A stretch of 64,000 nt of DNA from Alphaproteobacteria bacterium (GTDB lineage: Bacteria > Pseudomonadota > Alphaproteobacteria > UBA828): positions 704,001 through 768,000 of the forward strand of contig CBDCRW010000006.1 in assembly GCA_965221125.1 (NCBI GenBank), written 5' to 3'. The position numbers and the translations under genes were made by a program. Every line of letters begins with the position of its first letter. Position 1 is the stretch's first letter. Positions 19,422-26,631 of this stretch are shown here, piece by piece. The notes beneath the pieces were generated by a model that saw only the letters and a list, made by a program, of their open reading frames with translations, was not told where the DNA came from and did not search any database.

Positions 19422-21493
19422 GCACTGCCTATCAGAAGGTGAGCGCGAACCACCTGAGCCGCGATGCTTACCTGTACGTGCGTCAGTCCACCGTGCGCCA
19501 GGTGTTCGAACATGGCGAGAGCACGCGCCGCCAGTACGCGCTGCGCGAGCGGGCCGTGGCCCTGGGCTGGCCGACCGAGAACGTCGTCGTGATCGATTGC
19601 GATCAGGGCCTGTCCGGCGCCGACAAGGACCGCGAAGGCTTCCAGCGTCTGGTCGCCGACGTCAGCTTGGGCCGGGCCGGGATCGTGCTCGGGCTCGAGG
19701 TGTCAAGGCTCGCGCGCAATTCCACCGAGTGGCATCGGCTGGTCGAGATCTGTGACCTGAGCGAGACGCTGATCCTCGACGAGGACGGCCTCTACAATCC
19801 AGGAGACTTCAACGACAGGCTCCTGCTCGGGCTCAAAGGGACCATGTCGGAAGCGGAGCTGCACATGATGCGCGCCCGGCTGCGCGGTGGGACGCTGAAC
19901 GCGGCCAAGCGTGGGGAGTTGAAGTTGCCGCTGCCGGTGGGACTGGTCTATGACCCGCTCGGCAACGTGGTGCTCGACCCCGACGAACAAGTGCAGCATA
20001 GCCTGCGCCTGTTCTTCGATACCTTCACCCGGCTCGGCTCGGCTAATGCCACGGTCAAGTATTTCAGGGCCGAGAACCTGCTTTTCCCCTACCGTCCTCT
20101 CCACGGGCCGCACAAGGGCGAGCTGCATTGGAAGCCGCTGAGGTTCGCGCGGGCACTGCGAGTGCTGCGCAATCCGCGATACGCCGGCGCTTACGCGTAC
20201 GGGCGCAGCCGCAGCCGGCGGCGTCCCGGCGGCGGTGTCGAGACCCAACGTCTGCCACGTGAGGAATGGATGGTGGAGCTGCGCGATGCGCACCCGGGCT
20301 ACATCACCTGGGAGCGGTTCGAACAGAACGAGAGCCAGCTTCGCGACAACAATGCTGCCCGAGCGCGCGGCGCGGAGCGCCGCCCTCCCCCACGCGAGGG
20401 GCCGGCACTGCTGCAGGGACTGGCTGTCTGCGGCGTGTGCGGCCGGAGCATGGGGGTGCGCTACTACAAGCAAAAATCAAAGGAGCTGCACCCCTACTAC
20501 CTGTGCAGCCATGAAGGTGCGCAGACGGCGAGCGCCTGGTGTCAGAGCATCCCCGGCGCTGCCATCGACCGCGCGGTCGGCGAGTTGCTGGTGGAGCTGA
20601 TGACGCCGTTGACGCTGGAGGTGGCGTTGCAGGTGCAGGACGAACTCACCGCGCGCGCCGAGGAGGCCGATCTGTGGCGCGCTCAGCGAGTGCAGCGCGC
20701 CCGCGAGGAAGCGGACCTGGCGCGGCAGAGGTTCATGCAGACCCATCCCGACAACCGGATAGTAGCCGACGTGCTGGAGGCGGAGTGGAACGCGAAGCTT
20801 CGGACGCTGGACGAGGCGCAGCGAGAGCTCGAGCGCAGCCGCGCGGATCCGGGCCAGGGGTTGGACGAAGGGCAACGCAAGCGAATCCTCGCGCTGGCCA
20901 GCGACTTCCCCCGCCTGTGGAACGATCCTGCGACGCCGCACCGCGAGCGCAAGCGGATGGCGCGGCTGCTGATCGAGGACGTGACGCTGACCAGGGCCAC
21001 GCGGAGCCTGGGGGTGCGTCTGCGCGGCGGCGCGACCCGCCAGCTCACCTGGGCGCCGGATCCTCTCGGATGTGAGACCTTCAAGACCAAGGCCGAGATC
21101 GTCGCCGAGGTCGACAGCCTGTTGAACGACCACAACTATGGCGAGATCGCCAAAATCCTCAACGAGCGCGGATACCGAAGCGGTTACGGCCACGCCTTTA
21201 CCCCGAAGTTGGTGGGGGTGCTGCGAGCGAACTACGCTCTCAAGCCACGCTATGAACGGCTGCGCGATCGCGGGCTGTTGACGGTCAACGAGGCCGCCGA
21301 GCGCCTCGCGGTCTCCGTCGGCACAGTCAACCAATGGCGCAAGGCCGGGCTCTTGCGCGGACACGCCTACACCGGCGGATCCGACTACTTGTACGAGATT
21401 CCCGACCCTCCGCCGACCAAACAACCGGGGCGAAAGCTGTCTCTGCGCAAACCGAGCTGCAACCTTGCCCCCACAGGAATAGATGAGGTGTAG
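19418..21493 (+). CDS. Large serine recombinase (691 aa) with C-terminal excisionase-like HTH
   Basis: Catalytic YVRQST, EVSRLARN, recombinase domain LRNPRYAG, Zn ribbon CGVCG..YLC..WC, coiled coil, terminal LLTVNEAAERLAVSVGTVNQWRKAG; GAAGGAG RBS. Confidence 0.95.
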   Translation: MSTAYQKVSANHLSRDAYLYVRQSTVRQVFEHGESTRRQYALRERAVALGWPTENVVVIDCDQGLSGADKDREGFQRLVADVSLGRAGIVLGLEVSRLARNSTEWHRLVEICDLSETLILDEDGLYNPGDFNDRLLLGLKGTMSEAELHMMRARLRGGTLNAAKRGELKLPLPVGLVYDPLGNVVLDPDEQVQHSLRLFFDTFTRLGSANATVKYFRAENLLFPYRPLHGPHKGELHWKPLRFARALRVLRNPRYAGAYAYGRSRSRRRPGGGVETQRLPREEWMVELRDAHPGYITWERFEQNESQLRDNNAARARGAERRPPPREGPALLQGLAVCGVCGRSMGVRYYKQKSKELHPYYLCSHEGAQTASAWCQSIPGAAIDRAVGELLVELMTPLTLEVALQVQDELTARAEEADLWRAQRVQRAREEADLARQRFMQTHPDNRIVADVLEAEWNAKLRTLDEAQRELERSRADPGQGLDEGQRKRILALASDFPRLWNDPATPHRERKRMARLLIEDVTLTRATRSLGVRLRGGATRQLTWAPDPLGCETFKTKAEIVAEVDSLLNDHNYGEIAKILNERGYRSGYGHAFTPKLVGVLRANYALKPRYERLRDRGLLTVNEAAERLAVSVGTVNQWRKAGLLRGHAYTGGSDYLYEIPDPPPTKQPGRKLSLRKPSCNLAPTGIDEV

Positions 21494-21501
21494 TATGAAG
21501 C
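21485..21501. repeat. Putative attR (half-site GAGGTGTAGTATGAA + GC core), containing the recombinase stop, an SD and an outward-facing ATG
   Basis: Inverted match to the left end; GAGGTG followed by ATG at 21495. Confidence 0.65.
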
Positions 21502-21537
21502 GTACTCTCGGTTCCCGAGCGGATATTCCGTCACGGT

Positions 21538-21565
21538 TTGACCGCCGGGGCCGGCTGCCTATCAT
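21538..21565 (+). promoter_or_regulatory. Sigma70-like promoter for the SDR gene
   Basis: TTGACC-N16-TATCAT. Confidence 0.55.
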
Positions 21566-21614
21566 GCGCGCCGTCCGGGCGCAGCCCGCGGCAGAGCAAT
21601 GAGGAGATCAGGGA

Positions 21615-22670
21615 ATGGCGAAGGGTAAGGCGGTCGTCGTCGGCGGCCTCGGTATGATCGGGCGCAACATCATCCAGGCACTCGAGGCCGAAGGCGGGTG
21701 GGACATCGTCGGGCTGTCGCGCAGGCCGGCGAACTTCGAGACCGGGGCCACCTTCATCTCCGTCGACCTGCTGGACGAGGGCCAAGCGAGGGAGAAGCTC
21801 GCGAGCCTCACCGACGTCACCCACATCTTCTATGCCGGCCTCTCCGGCGGCGTCGAGGCCGAGAACGTCGAGGGCAACCTCGCGCTCGTGGTCAACTCCG
21901 TCGGCGTGATCGAGCCCGTCTCGCCCACGCTGGAGCGCGTGATCCTGGTGCAGGGCGGCAAGTACTACGGCGTCCACCTGGGCCCGCACAAGACGCCGTC
22001 GAAGGAGACCGACCCGCGCCACCTGCCGCCCAACTTCTATTACAACCAGCAGGATTTCATCACCGACCTGCAGCAGGGCAAGTCCTGGCACTACACCATG
22101 CTGCGGCCCGAGGCCGTGGTCGGCTTCGCCGAGGGTATCCCGCTCAACACCGCCTCGCTCGTCGCGGTCTATGCCTCCGTGTGCAAGGAGATGGACGTGC
22201 CGCTGAACTATCCGGGGCCGGAGGCGGCGTTCACGGCCTTCAACAAGTTCGTCGACGCCAGGCTGCTCGGCCGCTGCGCCGCCTGGGCGGCGCAGAACCC
22301 CGCCTGCGCCGGCGAGGCCTTCAACGTGACCAACGCGTCAGGCATGCGCTGGTGCAACCTGTGGCCGCTCTTCACCGCGTATTTCGGCTGCCGGCCGGGG
22401 GTGCTGGTGCCGATGAAGCTCGCGGACTTCATGGCCGACAAGGGCCCGGTGTGGGACGAGATCGCGCGCAAGCACCAGCTCAAGGGCATGGCGTTCTCGG
22501 ACCTCGGCGACTGGGGCTTCGCCGACTGGAACTTCGGCCGAACCTGGGACACCATCCTGGAGGACACCAAGCGGCTCCAGTACGGCTTCACCGAAGCCAT
22601 CGACACCGACCAGAACTTCATCGAGATTTTCGACGACATGCGCGCCGCCCGGGTCATCCCGGCGGGCTGA
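21615..22670 (+). CDS. SDR oxidoreductase, PRISE (progesterone 5-beta-reductase/iridoid synthase-like) type
   Basis: VVVGGLGMIG, GLSRR, THIFY, QGGKYYG, PNFYYNQ, MLRP. Confidence 0.85.
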   Translation: MAKGKAVVVGGLGMIGRNIIQALEAEGGWDIVGLSRRPANFETGATFISVDLLDEGQAREKLASLTDVTHIFYAGLSGGVEAENVEGNLALVVNSVGVIEPVSPTLERVILVQGGKYYGVHLGPHKTPSKETDPRHLPPNFYYNQQDFITDLQQGKSWHYTMLRPEAVVGFAEGIPLNTASLVAVYASVCKEMDVPLNYPGPEAAFTAFNKFVDARLLGRCAAWAAQNPACAGEAFNVTNASGMRWCNLWPLFTAYFGCRPGVLVPMKLADFMADKGPVWDEIARKHQLKGMAFSDLGDWGFADWNFGRTWDTILEDTKRLQYGFTEAIDTDQNFIEIFDDMRAARVIPAG

Positions 22671-22697
22671 GCTGTAAGGCCAGCGCCGGCGTCACCG

Positions 22698-22807
22698 CCC
22701 CCACCTCACCCCGGCCCTCTCCTCCCCAGGGAGGAGAGGGAGAACGGGTGGCGCCGCTTGCGTTCCCCCTCCGCCCTCCGGGGGGAGGGGGACAGGGGGA
22801 GGTGGGG
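22698..22807. repeat. REP/CIR-like composite palindrome between convergent genes (possible bidirectional terminator)
   Basis: Terminal IR CCCCACCTC/GAGGTGGGG enclosing hairpins CCCTCTCCTCCC/GGGAGGAGAGGG and CCCCCTCC/GGAGGGGG. Confidence 0.75.
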
Positions 22808-23686
22808 TCAGCCCTTGAAGCGGGGCTCCGGCAAGCCGGTGCAGCCCGTGCCGGTGACGGCGAATATGCTGCCGGCCTGCTCCTGGCCCGCGAGCGCCTC
22901 CTCGCTCAGGTTGAATGAGGCGCCGGTGACGTAGAGCACGTCGAGGTCCGCCCCGCCGAACATCGGGCAGGTCACCTGCTGGAAGGGCATGTCCACCGTG
23001 CGGTCGAGCGTGCCGTCCGGCGCGAAGCGGGCGACGCACCAGCCGTTCCAGCGGGCGTTCCAGACATAGCCTTCCGAGTCCACGGTGGAGCCGTCGGGGA
23101 TGCCGGGCGCGCTGCCGGGGCCCGCGAAGACGCGCTTGTTGGAGATCGCGCCGCTGGCGGTGTCGAGGTCGTAGGCCCAGATCACGTCCTGGTCGAGATC
23201 GGCGAAGTACATGGTGCCGCCGTCGGGGCTGAAGGCGATGGAGTTGGAGACGACGATGCCGGTCTCCTGCTTGTGCAGGCTGAGGTCGTGGTCGAGCCGG
23301 TAGAGCGAGCCGAGCGGGCGGCCCACCATGCCGTCGTCCATGCTGCCGGCCCAGAAGCGGCCTTGCCGGTCGCAGCGGCCGTCGTTCATGCGGCTGTCCG
23401 GCGTGTCCTGCTCGACCTCGTGGATGGTCTTGACCGCGCCGGTCTCGGGATCGAAGAAGCGGAAGCCGCCGTAGAAGGCGACCACCATGCCGCCCCCTTC
23501 GCGCAGCACCAGCGAGCCCGGCTGTTCGTCCACCGGCACCTGCTTGTACTCGCCGGTCTGCGGCGCGAGCCAGCTGATCGACTGGCCCTTGATGTCGAGC
23601 CAGTAGAGCCGCTGGTCGACGGGGCACCAGACCGGGCTCTCGCCGAGCTGGTCCCGGCAATCGAGCACGCACGCGACCTCTGCCAT
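22808..23686 (-). CDS. SMP-30/gluconolactonase family protein
   Basis: LGESPVW, RMNDGRCD..GRFW, SNSIAFSPD, PDGSTVDSEG. Confidence 0.93.
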   Translation of the reverse strand: MAEVACVLDCRDQLGESPVWCPVDQRLYWLDIKGQSISWLAPQTGEYKQVPVDEQPGSLVLREGGGMVVAFYGGFRFFDPETGAVKTIHEVEQDTPDSRMNDGRCDRQGRFWAGSMDDGMVGRPLGSLYRLDHDLSLHKQETGIVVSNSIAFSPDGGTMYFADLDQDVIWAYDLDTASGAISNKRVFAGPGSAPGIPDGSTVDSEGYVWNARWNGWCVARFAPDGTLDRTVDMPFQQVTCPMFGGADLDVLYVTGASFNLSEEALAGQEQAGSIFAVTGTGCTGLPEPRFKG

Positions 23687-23714
23687 GACGTTCGCTCCCG
23701 CTGGGCTGCCGGGC

Positions 23715-23789
23715 TGGTGGGCGCTGCTGGATTTGAACCAGCGACCCCCGCCGTGTGAAGACGGTGCTCTCCCGCTGAGCTAAGCGCCC
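23715..23789 (-). tRNA. tRNA-Val (CAC)
   Basis: Minus strand GGGCGCTTAGCTCAGCGGGAGAGCACCGTCTT-CAC-ACGGCGGGGGTCGCTGGTTCAAATCCAGCAGCGCCCACCA. Confidence 0.97.
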
Positions 23790-23801
23790 GCCCGGCAGGC
23801 G

Positions 23802-23830
23802 ATTAGAAGAATCGCGCCGGCCGCTGTCAA
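23802..23830 (-). promoter_or_regulatory. Sigma70-like promoter for tRNA-Val
   Basis: TTGACA-N17-TCTAAT on the minus strand. Confidence 0.65.
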
Positions 23831-23912
23831 GGCGCGAGACTACCCTTGGCCGGCGTTTCCCGATATTGAAGGCGCCGTGCCACGAACACCGTGCAGCACC
23901 AGGGAAGACGCA

Positions 23913-26612
23913 ATGGACGATCGATTCGATTTCGACCGGGTGGCCCGCGTGCCGGCGGAGGCCGACAACGTCGCCATCGCGACGCGGCGGCTGGAGGCCG
24001 GCACCCGCGTTGCCGACGGCGGTGGCGAATTCCGCCTGCCCCACACGGTCCTCGAAGGGCATCGCTTCGTCCGCGTGCCGACTCGCGAGGGCGCGCAGCT
24101 CACCTCCTGGGGTCTGCCCTTCGGCATCGCGACCCGCGCGCTCAAGCCGGGCGAGTACGTCTGCAACGAGAGAATCCTCGCCGCGCTCGGGGCACGCGAC
24201 ATCGACTTCGCTCTGCCGGAGAGCGCCAACTTCGTGGACACCATCGAGAGGTACACGCTGGACGACGCGACGTACACGCCCGGCGCGCAGGTCGCGCCTG
24301 CCGCCAACGCGGCGACCTTCGACGGCTTCCGCCGCCCCGGCGGGCGCGGCGTCGGCACCCGGAACTTCGTGGTGGTGATCGCCACCACCTCGCGCGCCAA
24401 CGGCTTCGTCCGCGCGGTGGCGGAGCGCGCCGCAGCCAAGGCGCCTGCCGGGATCGACGGCGTGGTGGCGGTGACCCATACCGAGGGCGGCGGCAGCGGG
24501 CGGCCCAACAATCTCGGCCACGTGATGCGCGTGCTCGCGGGATTCGTCGTGCACCCCAACGTGGGCGCGGTGCTCGCGGCCGACGACGGCACGGGCGCCT
24601 ACGGCAACGACGACCTGCGGCGGTTCATGGCCGAGCGCGGCGACCCGCTCGACCACGTGCCACACGCCTTCTTCCGCATCGGGCGCGGGTTCGAGGACGA
24701 GGTCGCGCGCGCGAGCGCGCTGATCGAGGGCTGGCTGCCCGAGGTCGCCGCCGCCCGGCGCACGTCGGAGCCGGCCGGCGAACTCCGCCTCGCGCTGCAG
24801 TGCGGCGGCTCGGACGCGTTCTCCGGCGTCTCCGGCAACGCGCTCGCCGGCTGGGTGGCGAAGGAGGTGATCCGCCACGGCGGCGCCGCGAACCTGGCCG
24901 AGACCGACGAGCTCATCGGCGCCGAGCCCTACGTGCTGGAGAACGTGCGCGATGCCGCGACCGCCCGCGCCTTCCTGGACAAGATCGAGAACTTCAAGCG
25001 CTACGCCGCGCACCACGGCGCCACGGCGGAGGGCAACCCCACGGGCGGGAACAACTTTCGCGGGCTCTACAACATCGCGCTCAAGTCGCTGGGGGCCGCG
25101 CGCAAGAAGGCGCCGGAGGTCCGGCTCGACCACGTCATCGACTACGGCGCGCCCATGCGCGAGCCCGGCTACTACTTCATGGACAGCCCCGGCAACGACC
25201 TGGAGAGCATCGCGGGCCAGGTGGCGGCGGGCTCCAACCTCATCCTGTTCATCACGGGCAACGGCTCGATCACCAACTTCCCCTTCGTGCCGACGCTCAA
25301 GTTCGTGACCACCACCGGCCGCTTCGAGCTGCTGGCGAACGAGATGGACGTGAACGCCGGCCGCTACAACGACGGCATGGAGATGGATGCGCTCGGCGCC
25401 GAGACCTTCGAGCTGGCCCTCGACATCGCGTCGGGCCAGCGCAGCAAGGGCGAGCTTGCGGGCCACGCCCAGGTCTCGGTCTGGCGCGACTGGCCGCGCA
25501 CGGGCGCGGACGGGCTGGAGGAGATTGCGCGCCGGCCAGCGCCCAAAGGCAGCCCGCTGCCGGTGCGGGACGCCCCGCCGCTCGACCTCGCCTTCGATGC
25601 GCTGGTCACCGGCGACGGCGTCGCGGCGGATCAGGTCGCCCTGGTGATGCCGACGAGTCTTTGCTCGGGCCAGGTCGCGCGCCTGATCGCGGACGAGCTT
25701 GATGCGAACCCGCCGCCCTGGAGCGACGTTTCGCGCTTCGTGGCCCTGGTGCACACCGAGGGCTGCGGCTCCGCCAACGGCGCCGGGCTCTACCTCGACA
25801 CGCTTACCGGCCACCTAGCGCACCGCAGCGTGCGCCACGCGGTGCTGCTGGAGCACGGCTGCGAGATGACCCACAACGACGCGGTCCGCAACCACCTCGC
25901 GGCGCGGGGCGTCGCGGCGGAGCGCTTCGGCTGGGCGAGCGTGCAGCTCGATGGCGGAATCGCCAGCGTGCAGGCCAAGGTGACGCGGCAGCTCGAAGAG
26001 ATGGCGGCGGACCGTGCCGCGGCGGAACCTGAGAGGCGGCGCGTCGGCGCTGACGAGCTGCGCCTCGCCCTCGTCGCCGATGGCTCGCTGGCGCGCGCGG
26101 TGGGAGAGGCTCTAGGCCGGCTGGCAACGGGCCTCGTCGCGGCCGGCGCCACCGTGGTCGTGCCCGACAGCGGGGGGCTGTTGGGCAACGACGGGTTCCG
26201 GCACGCGGTCTTTGCGGGCGGCACGGTGCCCCGCGCCTCGCTTGCCTTCGGCCACCCGGCGGCGCACGCGGGCTTTCACGTCATGGAGACCCCGACGGAG
26301 AACGCCGTGGAAGCGTTCGCCGGGCTGGGGGCGACCGGCGCGGACCTGATGCTCTGCCATATCGGGAACACTCCGCTGCAGGGGCACCCGATGCTGCCGC
26401 TGGTGCAGGTGACGGCCGACGCCGATGTCGCCGGCGTGTACGGAGACGATCTCGACCGGGTCGTTGCGCTGGAGCGCGGCATCGACGCGACCGTGGCCGA
26501 TCTCGCGGCGCTCGTGGCGGACGTGGCCTCCGGCCGCTACCGGCCGGCGCTCTGGTCGCGCGGGGTCACCGAGTTCCAGCTCACCCGCGGCCGCCTCGGC
26601 CTCTCGATGTAG
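23913..26612 (+). CDS. UxaA/altronate-galactarate dehydratase family protein with SAF domain and internal duplication
   Basis: DNVAIA..GHRF; GVGTRN; HPNVGAVL; LQCGGSDAFSG; ETDELIGAE; GNPTGGN; second degenerate copy (MPTSLCS..HTEGCG..LEHGCE). Confidence 0.88.
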   Translation: MDDRFDFDRVARVPAEADNVAIATRRLEAGTRVADGGGEFRLPHTVLEGHRFVRVPTREGAQLTSWGLPFGIATRALKPGEYVCNERILAALGARDIDFALPESANFVDTIERYTLDDATYTPGAQVAPAANAATFDGFRRPGGRGVGTRNFVVVIATTSRANGFVRAVAERAAAKAPAGIDGVVAVTHTEGGGSGRPNNLGHVMRVLAGFVVHPNVGAVLAADDGTGAYGNDDLRRFMAERGDPLDHVPHAFFRIGRGFEDEVARASALIEGWLPEVAAARRTSEPAGELRLALQCGGSDAFSGVSGNALAGWVAKEVIRHGGAANLAETDELIGAEPYVLENVRDAATARAFLDKIENFKRYAAHHGATAEGNPTGGNNFRGLYNIALKSLGAARKKAPEVRLDHVIDYGAPMREPGYYFMDSPGNDLESIAGQVAAGSNLILFITGNGSITNFPFVPTLKFVTTTGRFELLANEMDVNAGRYNDGMEMDALGAETFELALDIASGQRSKGELAGHAQVSVWRDWPRTGADGLEEIARRPAPKGSPLPVRDAPPLDLAFDALVTGDGVAADQVALVMPTSLCSGQVARLIADELDANPPPWSDVSRFVALVHTEGCGSANGAGLYLDTLTGHLAHRSVRHAVLLEHGCEMTHNDAVRNHLAARGVAAERFGWASVQLDGGIASVQAKVTRQLEEMAADRAAAEPERRRVGADELRLALVADGSLARAVGEALGRLATGLVAAGATVVVPDSGGLLGNDGFRHAVFAGGTVPRASLAFGHPAAHAGFHVMETPTENAVEAFAGLGATGADLMLCHIGNTPLQGHPMLPLVQVTADADVAGVYGDDLDRVVALERGIDATVADLAALVADVASGRYRPALWSRGVTEFQLTRGRLGLSM

Positions 26613-26631
26613 CGGCCGGGGGAGGACGCGG

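Larger units (their letters stand above)
18127..21501 (+). mobile_element. Compact large-serine-recombinase element (DUF5372 - HTH - small ORF - recombinase; resembles the Rhizobium NGR234 y4bA-D/y4pH-K gene set)
   Basis: Four-gene module in an intergenic position. Ends 18127-18143 and 21485-21501 are imperfect inverted repeats (12/17 ungapped) and both carry a terminal GC dinucleotide. Confidence 0.8.

Noticed and set aside
21491-21493. Recombinase TAG as a pyrrolysine or read-through codon (EV*YEA), given the MttB gene nearby
   Set aside because: The MttB has no amber codon, no pyl genes are present, and the sequence is better explained as an att half-site carrying an SD and ATG.
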